From contig OZ037767.1 of NCBI GenBank assembly GCA_964035545.1, forward strand, positions 25,126,628 through 25,190,627: DNA of 64,000 nucleotides, given 5' to 3'. The stretch is from Bugula neritina. Taxonomy: Eukaryota; Animalia; Bryozoa. This document shows, piece by piece, positions 38,401 through 51,300 of the stretch (positions are counted from its first letter, which is position 1; every line of letters begins with the position of its first letter). The notes below the pieces were generated by a model that ran no database searches, was not told the DNA's origin, and worked only from the letters and a program-made list of their open reading frames with translations. A program made the position numbers and the translations under genes.

Positions 38401-40357
38401 ATCTTAAATTATTATTTGACTAATTAGAGCGTAGTTTATTCAGTAAAATCAAATCAAACAGCAGATTATTGTTGGACAATTTTCTTGCCAAGTTTTTTAG
38501 CAGTATATAATGGTAGCTGTGAGGTGAGGTTGGCTATAGCCATTACCGTATTATGCAATCTGATTCAAGCCAAATAACTAGTTTAGCCAGTCTCAATTCA
38601 ATTTCATTTTGTGATGAATACTTCCCATTTAATTTAAGCTAAATGCTGGAAACCGAAAACCCCCCCCCCTATGAGCTCTTTTTTACATGGAAAATTATCT
38701 TAAATTAAGGTTTTGAAGGTCCCACTAGCAAAGGGAAGTAAAATACGTTAGACTCAAACTAATACACATTCTTACATTAGTTGACTAAATCTAGAATCAA
38801 AACCCATTTTTGTGGAATCTCTCTCATCTTATATAGATGTAAACAATAGGTCAGTTTTCAAATTGAATTATCTATTATCTCAGTCTCAAAATAAATCCAA
38901 AGTTGACTGCAACTAGGAACTCGCAACTGAAGAATTTAAGTTTCGTAAATGATGTGGTGGATATAAATCATCATCCATAAAAACCCTTGGCTTATTCTAT
39001 TTTTTAGTAAAATTTCAAGAAATGTCAACATATCATTGCGACGAAAAAATGCTATTTTTCAATTTTGGTGGCATAAAAATAAGTTTGACAGTCAAGTTTT
39101 TTAAGTCATGTTTTTGGTTGCAGTTCAATTATCATATAGCGACATATTTTATATACCGCAACGCAAATTTGTTCTCCTGGAGTTAGAGCATAAAACACCG
39201 AAATTATTATAGCTTATTATAATCTTTTATACCTACATATATTATATATTTGTGTGTTATAGTTCCATGCAGCTTTTTAGCTATGCGGCTGCATTTATTA
39301 AAGCAATTTAAAAAAATTCATATATTCTGTTCAAACTTGAACTACTTGTAAACATTGGGCTTTGATGTTTAATTAACCTTATAAAGCCAAACCAGAGATA
39401 TTGGCCCTGGCATTATTAGCCAAGGCGATCTGCTAGCTACGGATGAGCGTATAAATTGGTATTGCAGAGAGTTGATGGAGGCTGACTTTTCCGCAATAAC
39501 ATAAATATTCTCAGCAGGTGTTAATTATTGCTTGCTTTGGTGTAAATGGGGTTTAGTGATAAAAGGCTTTTCAAACTTCAAGTAGGCTATTTTACTTCAA
39601 TTTAAACCACGCGATATCTTTCTTTCATTGGACCAGGTTAGTGGTCATCTGTAAAAGTTATGTAATACTACTTCACACATTTTGATAAGCTCACGGACTC
39701 AGACTGATATCTGGTTGTATAACCTCCCGGACTTCTCAGCATTACATAAGCTAATGTGCTCTGCTCTACATAACAAGCAAAGGAGAGAAATTTTGCCAGA
39801 CTTCGAACTCTGTATATTTTCCACCTATCAATGGACTTTTTTGGTGTCATGAAAGTAAAAGAAAAGAATGTTTTCTTTTTCCGTCCCAAAATAAACTTTG
39901 CACAATTTAATCAAATGTATGCTGCTTGACCAGCAGGTGAGCAGAACTGTTTTTGTATGCTGGTAATGAAAAAAATTGAGAAAAGCCTGTGTTCTAGATT
40001 AAAAATGTAACAAAAGAAGTTATGTTATAGCAAGAATTTTAACCCCACCCCAAACTAAAATTTAAGAACTTGAGACTATTTTAATTTCTGCACTACTCCT
40101 CCTAAGTGCACCGGACTCCAAGGCAATATTGACACTAGGCTAGTCTCACCCATTTACTCAGGAAATGAGATGTGTCATTTCTTAACTCTATTCTGCAGAT
40201 TATACAACGTGAACTCCAGATGGATGGAGGACAGCTTGATGTTTCAGGATTTGATGGCTACAGCACGTTACAGCAACAGCAGCAGCAACAACAGCAACAG
40301 CAATCTAGTGGCAGCAACCAGTCTGGTCAAGCTAATCTTGGTATAGGCATGTCGTAG
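26441..40357 (+). CDS. FoxO: Forkhead box O transcription factor (~637 aa)
   Basis: Exons 26441-26783, 30519-30667, 31327-31573, 32205-32329, 33840-34041 (or 34050), 34643-34755, 36044-36229, 37256-37456, 38140-38328, 40199-40357. Forkhead domain [18 protein letters not shown]...[16 protein letters not shown]...KSSWWVINP. Three Akt sites RNRCNT, RPRGNS, RDRASS. C-terminal transactivation motif [17 protein letters not shown]. Start codon ambiguous (upstream in-frame ATG at 26219). Confidence 0.96.
30255..30445 (+). mobile_element. SINE copy 2 (same family, 5' end degraded) in FoxO intron 1
   Basis: Colinear with 1358-1581: GCGTTTGCCTAG, GGTTCGAA, GTTGGTGATGTTAG, GCATCCAGTCA, ATTGCTCC, ACTATAAACTT. 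Confidence 0.88.
30668..30940. repeat. CACAGT/CACATA minisatellite beginning at the FoxO exon 2 donor
   Basis: 6-bp subunits with a ~35-bp higher-order unit CAGTCACATAGTCACATAATCAGTCGTATACTCA. Confidence 0.9.
32010..32610. repeat. 13-bp (TAGTTAGTACTAG) and (AGT)n tracts flanking FoxO exon 4
   Basis: 13-bp units at ~32015-32150 and (AGT)n at ~32400-32610; exon 32205-32329 lies between them. Confidence 0.9.
34756..35352. repeat. 30-bp minisatellite (~20 units) beginning at the FoxO exon 6 donor
   Basis: Unit GTATATCAGTTCTCTCACTATCTAGTTGTA, highly homogeneous; explains the 248-aa and 204-aa periodic ORFs. Confidence 0.97.
37546..37705. repeat. ~30-bp GT-rich minisatellite (~5 units)
   Basis: Unit ~ATGTGTGTAGTGTGTGGTGGTTGGTCAGAG. 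Confidence 0.9.
37732..38066. mobile_element. PIF/Harbinger-type MITE (335 bp) in FoxO intron 8
   Basis: ~39-bp terminal inverted repeats GCCTAGGGCCACACGGTGCGTATTTTCGCATGCGAAAAT with one mismatch; TTA on both flanks (37729-37731, 38067-38069); CpG-rich interior. Confidence 0.88.
38620..39990 (+). mobile_element. Possible highly decayed hAT (Charlie/Buster-like) remnant in FoxO intron 9
   Basis: Broken peptide fragments such as [19 protein letters not shown] and K*AILLQF loosely recall hAT transposase; end TTGAGAAAAGCCTG resembles a hAT terminus. No ORF and no matching left end found. Confidence 0.25.
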
Positions 40358-43300
40358 GCTGCCATAGACGCACTACTTACTGTCACAACTCTTAGGAAAA
40401 GTTGGCCTTCCTCAGCAGTTCGAACCTAGACTAAGTTCCTGTCATGAGAATTGGCTGTGTTGGAGACTTGGCTGTGTTAGATGGCACTGAGTAAAAATAA
40501 CCTGACGTTTGAGTTGAACACTTGCTCAGAAAGTCATTTGTAAATTTTTTGCATTGCCTGCATTATATCCACATTTCAAGGTTGTGTTTATTTTCGTTCA
40601 TATCATACAACTCTTATTTTGAGCATTTTTCTTACTTTATCACGCCAGATCCTTTTTCTCTTCAATCTCCTTTGCTTAGTTTACGTACCACGGCACAAAT
40701 GCATTTGTTGTATTGTAATGTTGAGCCTCTATGTAGCTGTCCTACCTCTCGGTTTAGTTGTGTAAATACCTTCAGCCGTATAACTGGTCTACCTTAAAGT
40801 AATATTCATTTCTAGGTAAAACTCATTGCTGCAGCACATACTATTGTGCATTGCTGTTGTATATAAGTTATAATTAATTGTATGCTGTACATTGTCTCTT
40901 GACATGGTATCTTCAACTTTTCTAGTGAATTAATCGTCTCTTAAATTATGTGATACGTTATATTTGAATATTTTGTGAAACTTTTCATTCAACTACTACT
41001 TGACTGATCATCAAAGCACTCCAGCCATGCTATATGTGAGCATTTTCAAACTCTGCTTGCAGTCCACCAATGTTTGTAATGCTAGTTGGTGTTTGTGGCC
41101 CTCACTAGCGGTGTATATTGGTGAGCCGTGTCTATAAGCACATGTGTTCTAGCACAGTAACGTTAGTTCTACAGTGCACCTAGTTCTACAGTGCACCGTG
41201 TCTAGCAGAGAATATTTTGGAATTTGAATTGTGTGATCACGTGAGTTTTGTTTTTCAACGCCCACCAAGAGTTATATATATGCTGGCATCATTTGATTAA
41301 TTCAAATTAAACACCTCAGAATGACTATAATTTTTAGTGTTTTACATGTAATAAGATTTCTGTGCTAATATCCAGAACTGTTGCTCGTCTATTATATCTT
41401 ATCTTTATATTCATATGTTTTTAATAATTATATATGTCTATATCAATTTGGGATTTATATTATAAATTTATAATGATTTTATCAAGTTGACAAAAATAAA
41501 TTTATACATCACATAATCATTATTGCTGTGGAGATTTGTGAGATCATTTTGAAAACTTTTAGGGGCATTGTCCTGTGACCATATATTTAATGTACGGATG
41601 ATACACACAATTAATTTTGTCTGGGCATATAAATCACATGTTAGAAGTGAGATTGTGTTAGATGACCGGTTTCAGCTGCAGGTTTCTTGGTAATTACAAG
41701 GAAGACCTCTAATTTTCCTCCTGTTTCACAGTAGTAGTGAAGTAGGTGTGTCTGTTTTCTGGCATCAAGTAATTTGGTGGACTTTGATACCCGTGTAAAT
41801 TCAAGTTAAAATGATATATTTTCTGGTCTGCAGTGAGCTCAGAGTCTGTAAGCTCGGCCCAGGTTATTTGTAAGCTTGCAGGATACTAGGATCACAACAT
41901 ATTTCGGATAATTATACTGTGAGCCTAAATAAGAGTTAGTATAGGGTTAACAACTATCCAGCTCGTGCTATCAATCCTATATTCCTACTATAGCATTTAA
42001 CTCCTGTTGCGAGTTCATGAATTGCCGGAAAATCTCCCTTCTATTGGAACAGACTGAGGCAGCAGGAAACAGTTTCTTGGAATTATTTGTTGAAATTTAA
42101 TTTCACCATTTGCAAGGAGAGTTAAATTTGTTGAACTGTTCTGTATTGGAACTCCAAAATACAAGTTTCCAGCTTCAATGATACAATGATTAGTATATGC
42201 AATTAATATCCCATGCTGCTCTGCGATAGTTCTGAAAGTTCATAGAGTGCTTATGCACTCAGAACTAGTAAATGCAAATAATGCTTAAGAAGTATTATTC
42301 ATACCAGCTGAGTTTTCACAGTCCAATATTACTTTCATTACAGTAGTAGTATAAGCTGTAGTATTTCAATACAAACATCACCATCGTTTTCTAGTGAATC
42401 AGAAGTGCAACAGCATTAGCCATGGGTCAGTACTGTCAACTGAAAATAGCATTTGAATGATTGGACAATTTCTACTGAGGTATTTGTTTACGATGTTTTC
42501 TTACACATTAATCTACCTCAAAGTATTGGGTCATTAATATGAAAGCTTATTGGCTGAGTTTACTGATACACTTTTCCTAATGTCTTTGAAGCACATAGGA
42601 GGTGACACTTAATAAATATCCTAGGTTTGGTGCCAAATACAACTTTGGATAATGACAAACTAAGAGCTGATTTTATATACTGATCTTTCAATATCTCTTT
42701 GAATGCTATCTAGTATTTGCAGTTCATACTGTCAATTAATCTATAATAATTTATGATTGTCCGTGCTTCTTGCATCATTTAATATTTACATTTGGTTAGA
42801 ATATAAGGATGGCTATATAAATGGATTACAATTACTGCACGGATGATTGTGGAAGGCATTGGAACTACACGAAGACAGTTTGGAAGTTTATTAACACAAT
42901 TACCTCTTATAGCTAGTAACCTTCATCTCGAGTACCCACATGTATATAAAACTTGCTATCACTTATCTACCTGCCCTTCAGTTGACACTGCCATTGGTTA
43001 CTAATAGTAGTAAGATGTTATCAAGTGCAATATTGTCCCATCATTTAAAACACAACATTGATGCAACATTTTATTAACATGACTAATAATTTCAGTGTTA
43101 GTACTGGGGCACCTGTTCATAGATGCTGTAACTTGTTGTTTAGTACAAGAAACATAAATGTATGAGGAAAAAAATAAAGACATCTTATTTGAAATTGAGA
43201 TAATTGCAGACAAGATCAGCTAGGAGTATATAAAAGCTAAAGTAACAATATGATTTGACTATGGCCATTTCTAGTCTATATACATTGAAGTTACATAAAT

Positions 43301-45343
43301 CAGTACATGTGCACTTGTTATATATACACCTTTACCACCTTTCTTTTATGTGTACACCAATAAATTGCCTGCACGTAGTTATTTATATCTGCCATTTCAC
43401 TATATCAATTTAAACTATATCGTACTACAGTTGAACTCAGCACCTTGCAATGATTCACTCCCATATGATGAGCTTATGTTTATACATGATATGAGTAAAG
43501 ATGGTTGCTGTTGACAATTCAGGATGCATACAGGGAAATATGTCGCAATATTTACTTGTGATACTAACATGCATTACATACACTTTGCTGGGACCATAAG
43601 AATCCTAATTCTAAGAAACCATTGTGTAGCTAACTTACTATATTTACTGATACTACAGCTATTATCACCACGAGTGGAGTTTACTCAACCAGTTCCTGGA
43701 TTAAAAGTAAACGAATGATTTTGATTCACTGTAACGGGAGTAAAGCATTGTTAAAGCAGTATTATTCATTTATAACCTTAACTGACTCAATACAATTTAT
43801 TGCATTAGAGTAAATTGGGTCACGCAGCTCAAACAATGACGAAATACTTGTTTTATACACCCCAGGATACAGTATTCATTACTTATGTACACTGCAAGGT
43901 GTACAGGGAGTTGTGATATGCTAGAAGTTAGAGTCTTGCCTATATGTCCAGCTGACCTTATAAGAATGTGTGATTGGATAAAATATGTTTCTTATAGTAA
44001 ATTATAAACGAAAAATGTACCCTGTGAAAGCATCATGTACTTTGATGAAAAACAATCGGCTAAGTGTGAGTTGAATTTCAGGTTCTAGCTCCATTTCTTA
44101 ATTCACACATAATAGATTTCTACCCAAACATTATGAAGCTCCTGTTTTACCCATCTCTAATCATTACATAACAGACAAGCTGTTTTACAATTACCACTTT
44201 GATGAACAATTTTAGAAAATATGTGATTGAGTACTAGTGCTTTAGGATACAGAGTTGTGCCCCCCACTTGAACAAACTAATTAGCTGCTGTGAGACTGAT
44301 GATATCTACCATATGGAAGTTAGCAAAACGTATTAATAGATAAAAAGCTGTTCAAAGTTACTTAGGCTCGTTGTAACTTCATTACAAACCAAATTTTTGT
44401 AGGAACTACTAGTAAATATCTTGATTTCAACTGTAACCTAAACAATACTAAAATTGTACAATAGTAAAAAGTTTTTGTGTCAACATTTGACATCGTGTAC
44501 TTATTTTGAACTTATGTTTCTAAGTATAAGAAATTCAATATGAAGTTCAAGGTTGAAGACCTTTCTGAAACTGGTAAAATTGAGTATAACTCCAGTTAGT
44601 GGAACAGTTGAAATTACAAACTATTTTATTAAAAAGAAACTTTCTACCCGTTTTAAACTAAAATTTAAGCTGAATGAATAAAAGTGAACAATAACAAAAC
44701 AACAAATGATTTTAAAATTAAAATCTTTAACCCTTTGAATCAATAAAATATGATTTTAGATCATATCATGTTAATAAAAACTCAACAATCTTAAAACAAA
44801 GCTGATTGTAAAATCACAATATTATAGTGAATGAATAATGGTATTAGAAGACGACGATATAATCTTTAAAACAAATACCTTATCAAAATAGTACACACTG
44901 GGAAATACATCTTCCTGACTAGCTTTTAAATATATGAAAAACACTAAAACTACAACATAATACGTTTGTATACAGGTACTCTATGTCTTACTACATTTAA
45001 TCAAACTATTGTAAAATAAAAATTAGGCTGTGAAGCTAATTAATAACTAGATAAATAGTTGATCTGAAGTGATAGGCTGGCGAAATTTTTTAAATGAATC
45101 AAAACCAAACTAATATGTCCCCCAATGTACACTATAGTCCCACTCACTAGTAATTTTATAAAAACTAGTCAAAAAAGTTACAATTCTTAGGGTCAATCAA
45201 GCATGTTTGAAGTTATTCAATTAATAAAAGTGAAAACGAAAATGAAATATTTCGATGCAACAATAACTAGAGTAATGCTTGAATGATGTCATTACTATAA
45301 CTATAAAAATGGCTGCCAGATCCAGAGCATGTCTGTCTGGCTA

Positions 45344-48300
45344 TCAGAAATAGCTGACCACCTTCTCACCAATGCCGAGGTAGTAGACAACCTGAGCAAT
45401 ACCGAACAGCGGTGCCACAACCATCACTCTACAGAAGCCACCCTTATAAAAGGCTGACACTCCTTCAGACTTGAACAGCTTTCTAAAAATAAACAGTAGA
45501 ACTATGAAGTCAGCTTGTTTAGCTGAGTTGGTATGTGGAGTTTTAGAATGACTAAGGGCATAAGGGCCTGAAATGCACAAATTCTTCATTTCTACCATTG
45601 GATTGATCTCCAACCAAATTGTACTCAGTAACCACCTACACTTCACAGAACCCAACCGGAATTTCAATGGTTTAAAGATTGAAAATTTTAATCAATATAA
45701 AAATTTACAGCTATGAATTCCAACTCAGATCTGTATAGAATCTATCACATATGCCAAATAATCTCCATCTTTATGAACTAGTAGTAATTGCTAAATAAAG
45801 AAAAAAATATTTCTTTCAATATTAGGGTCAATAAAACTATGAGAATTTATAAAACACAATGACCTGTTTTACAAAAATAGCAGAACTTTCCATGAATCTA
45901 AGTGCTACAATGGCTTGTTAAAACTTAATTAACTTCATACACGTTTATATATAAACTAGCTGATGGAAAACAGAGTTGTTTCTAATAGAGAGGCAGCGCA
46001 TCACTACCAGTACACCAGGACTTACACGAAACAGTCAGCAATCCCCTTGTATCTGTCCTCACCTTTACCATGATTGATCAACTGTAGGCGGGTTTTGACA
46101 ACTACAATCACAGTTCATGATTGATGAATGTGCAACACTAGTGGGGAAGAAGGCCATGGTGAAAATTATAGGGAAGTAAAAATGGAGAAGACAAAACAAA
46201 ATCTATAGCAGCTCAACAATATTATTGAATTCAATACTAGTTAGAAATCGTACAATCTTTCGAATTTAATCAATCAGAATAAAACGTGAAAGGTAGGTTG
46301 ACAGTTAAAACTAGAAGAATAATTTCATTTCCTCACAGAGGTGAGATTATGGCTTGGATAAACTGAGATGTAATTGAATATTGCAAAACAAACTTCGAGT
46401 TTTTAATTAAAATATTGAGGTGAGATTTGCTGATGGAGTTCAACAAACCATTTACTAGCAATCAATAGTAGAACAGAAGTCATAAACATACTGGAATATA
46501 ATTATCTACAGTCAAACTGTCTACAGTAGAAACTTGTCACTTTGTGACATCATAAGTTCTACATAACCTATGACATCATGACATGACAGAAGCAGAAAAC
46601 TGGCGAAGCACATATCACATGACCAGCAAGTGTACTCAATACAGACAAGGCAAATACATGGGATTTCAGACATACCGTCGAGTGGAGTAACTAGAAATGA
46701 GCTGGTACCGCCAGCAACAATGCCTGCACCTAGTATTACGTAAAACACTGCTGTATCACCAGTATTTCTTCTCTTGCCCTGTAACAATATGTCTATACTC
46801 CTATAAAACAGTATAGGGATAGAAATTGCTTAAACTTTGATCATCAAAAAGCTGACAAAAATCTATACTCCTATAAAACAGTATAGGGATAAAAATTGCT
46901 TAAACTTTGATCATCAAAAAGCTGAGAAAATTAGCAATTTTTTCAGCATCTCTGAGCAAACATAATGATATATTGATAAATTTATTTCTCAAACTATAAG
47001 CTCAACATTCTAAATCCTGTATTAAAATACTGCGTCTTGTGCATACAAACCAGTGCGTTGAGGTGAGCAAACAATGGGAAATAGATAGCGCTAAATGTTA
47101 TATCACGAAGTAAAGTGGCACAGGAACCCTTGTACAGTCCTACAATGCCCTTTTCTTTCAACAGTTGCATAGTTAAAGCTGTAGCAGTCAGGGGACGTGT
47201 TTGGGAAGCAATGGCTGAACTTCCATCAGAAGCTAAAAATAAAATATTTCAGCAATAAATATGCATATATATGTAAAAATATAACATAACCTTTTACATA
47301 TTTTAGAACACAAAACTTGACATTTAACCACTTGAATGCTATAAACTTTGAAAACTTCAGTAAGCTAGAACACTATCTTTACGCCTAATTCTAAGAGCCA
47401 ATAAAGAGTCGAGGAACAATTGACAACCTTTAGTTAATGGTTATGATGCAAATACCAACAAAAATTTCCAGAATTAGAAATACTAATTAACTAAAAATAG
47501 TATCAACAAACTAATAACACTTGGAATAGCAGACAATAGACAATATTTTACCCAGAGTAGCTTTGGACCTGCCAGCGTCTTGCAGTTGTATTTTTAGTAA
47601 CTCCATGGGAGTTGTGATCACCACCTGGCAGCTACCTGCCCCAGCTCCAGCCAGAACCTCTCTGCCGAATGTCAACTTTCCGCTAAAACATGCATTTAAG
47701 AGTTGTCCTTTCAGATAAAAAATTTATGTGTGTTCTATGGTCATGCTTATAGCCATAGTTTATGAGTTTTATATTCCCGTGAGAAACCCTGATTGAAAGG
47801 GCTTTTATAAATTGGGCTGAGGACTTATTCATATGTGGCACAGGAGCAATTATGGCCGGATGCTTTTTCTAAAATTACAGTCAGTGTTGGACTCCAACCA
47901 CTGACTTCATGTTTCCTAGACCACTAGACCACGGCTGCTCTCGAAATATGCTATTTAAATGCGACATAAACAGGCCCACTGAGAAGACAACCCCTAATTT
48001 GAAGTAAAATGCAAACTTGCTGATAGGCGGTAACTTATTGGCAGTTGGAGTAGCTAGCAGCTAGATGAATCATGACATTTTGGTGGAGTTGTTTACAAAA
48101 TTTAAGTTCAATTTTTGGTCATATGCCAAGTAGTTGTCATCAAATTATTGAAATTATGACTATCTTAGACAGCAAACATTGCCATAGGTGATAGTACAAA
48201 CAACACATACTGGTGTTGAGATATGCACTACATCATAATTGTCAAACTAATAACATCAATAAGCTGGATACTGCATGAGCACAGCCAGAGTACCAGGAGA

Positions 48301-51300
48301 TCTTAATTTACCAACATCTATGAAATAATTTCATCACTAAAATTAACTGCTTATTATAAAGTAGCACTGTGGTCACTAAATGATAATAGTTTAGTTTCCT
48401 ACACGATAATTAGGAGCTCTTTTTCTCTTGAAATAGGAGAGGGTTTTCTAAGATGGAAGAGATGCCAATGCTACCCACTCTATACATATTAATTATGGTT
48501 CAAGAAAGAGCCAGCAGAGTGGATATCAGGTTGCAACATAAAATAGTTCATTGAGAAGGAGATTGAGAGAAACTTTGAAGTTTAAACTGTGCTTACGTTT
48601 GCTTGTTAGTTAAATGATGTCTAAAGAAATCATTGCCCACGAGTTTAATTATCTTTTCAGGTGTAATCAGCAGCAAATTCACTCCAGATCCTATAAGAGA
48701 AAATCTACAACTAACTAAGTGCTTGGTACAACATAATTAACCATGTGATAGGTACGAAACAACTAACTACATGGTGGATAACACAACTAACTACATGGTG
48801 GATAACACAACTAACTACATGGTGGTTATCACAACTAACTACATGTCTGTTGCAACACAACTAACTACATGCTTGTTACAACACAACTAACTACAGACAC
48901 AACAACAAAAACAAAACAAGAGCTCAGCAACTTTGACTAAATAAATGAAAACTATTAAATTTAATTAGCTAGCAGAATGTAAATATTTACAGTCATTGAG
49001 CCACCAACTTGCTATCAAAGCAAATATTTGCAATATTAACCATCATGATAATATTATTATTATTATTATGCAAGTTGCCATACGTTGAGGGAAAACTTTA
49101 CTTGCAACCAACAACGTTTACCGGCCTACCCTGGACTAGTCTGGTGGTGCACAAAGACACTCTATCCTGACTACTATATGCTTAACACACTATGGCCAGA
49201 AATTTCAAAGTTGGTATAAATACTTCCTTTATACATTCTAAGCATTAAAATACGGAAGTCTTTTGTGAAAAACATGCTAGTTAACCTGGATAGTGGAAGA
49301 AGAACTGCAAATGTTGAATAATTGGCTTCAGCCAAGCACAGGCAGTAATGTGAAGGTCATACAAGAGACATGTGTTGTATTTCTACTCCATACTTTATGG
49401 GCAGACAACTTCTTAAGCTCCAAAGTTTATATGGACTAGCAGTGTTGATACATTTGCAACTCTGCACCTACCTTGGCGGACAAACCACACAAACATAGTA
49501 CACATGCACTAAGCAGAACCAGCTTTTAACTGAAAACCTAATTTCTGATGATTCATTTGAGTCCATTTGAAATATAAAACATTTTATTTGATAAATAGCG
49601 CAACAGTTTAAAACAAAGATAATAACGTCCCACCACAGTAAACCGCTCCTAAATATTACATCCACAAGGTTGAGCCAGTTTAGCCAATTAATTGAATTTT
49701 ACAACTGTAGATTGATGTCACATTTAACATTGCTGTGAGTTGAATAATAAGAAATACAGGTGTGAGTAGGCTGAAGTGTTATATACAGAGAGGGCTAGTG
49801 GCAGAGTAACCTGCCCAAGTTACAGGTACATGGATACTGTACTTATCAATATGTGGCGAGCAAGAGAGCATGAGAGATGAAAACAAAAGGCTGTAGGAGT
49901 TAATGAACACTTTTAGTTTATAACTTACCACACAATACATACTCTTAGGTAGGACAGCTAGATAAATACACCACAGTTGTCACACCAAACCATGACATGC
50001 ACAAATGGAAAGATAACTCTAAAAGGTGCATGTAATACAACACCAACAAACCAATATATTATGTTAAGAGAACATTAATATGGTGATGCAAAAGGTATAT
50101 ACTTGAAATCAAATATCACTTTAGTTGATGCTGAGGTATACAGGGATCAATATAAATTCAATAAAATGCATTAAAGTCATAAAATAAATAAAATGTAAAC
50201 ATAGCTAATGTAAACTAATGCAATTTCCATTTCAATAACAGCAAAGATGTTAAAGTCTACAATTAATGCAGAATCAATAAAGCAGGGATGGACTGGCCTT
50301 GAAGATATTCTGTAAGCTGAATAATTAGACTAATTGATATACAATTTACTTATAGTAATACATATAAAAACAGCCTTCTAAATTTAGGACTTGAATACCA
50401 GTACATAATATTACCACTGAAATGTAATAACTGTTGAGTTGAATAGAATGTATGATGGGTAGACTGAATTAGGTAACTTCTCAGAGATGTATCTTATTTT
50501 AAGATGACATAAATGTTGTTTAAATTGTCAATTCCATAACATTTTTGAAAACTCTATTGAGTAGATTAACTAACACAAAACATACTTCAAAATCCCACAA
50601 TAAAGAGTAGTGATAACTAATTTGTTGCAGAGGTGTGAGCAGCCCATTCTGGCAGCAGTGTACCACGGCAGCAGATCAACACATATATACCATTCAATAC
50701 AACACATGCACAGCATCATGTTATCATTGTAGAGTATTTGCAAACTGTGTACTATTAGATTGAACGCTGTAACAGAACCCAATAGGCCCTGTAGTAAGAA
50801 TTATTGATTAGAATAGAGGTGCAGGTTAATTTAATCTGAAATACCTCTGTACATTCCAAAGAAGCCTTCATTTCGAAACGTTTTCACTGCACAGTCAAAC
50901 CTGAAACATAGGTATAAATTGCCATCATGGCTTCGACAGCAACGTAAAGTTTTACTCAACAACAGCTTAGGAAATAAAATAAATCTGCTCTCAGATATAA
51001 ACAACTGGAGTTTAACAAATTGCCAAAAACATCAGTTCAAAAGTCAAAGCTAATACAAAACTCATAGGCTAAATAAGGTTTTATTTTACAGCTTTATCTG
51101 GCAACTTATATAGATATTTATTATACCCGCTAATCACTCACATATTATTGTAGACCTTGACAGCTCCATCTCTTTGGTTCTGTAATCTGGTCTTCACCAA
51201 GTCAATAGGAAACACACAAGTAACACCAACTAGTCCAGCTATACTTCCATTGATCAACTTGGGTAGTAGTCTGGCCATGATATACATATAATATAGTACA

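Noticed and set aside
49471-49530. Possible poison exon in the long SLC25A22 intron
   Set aside because: Only splice-like dinucleotides support it; not distinguishable from chance without RNA data.
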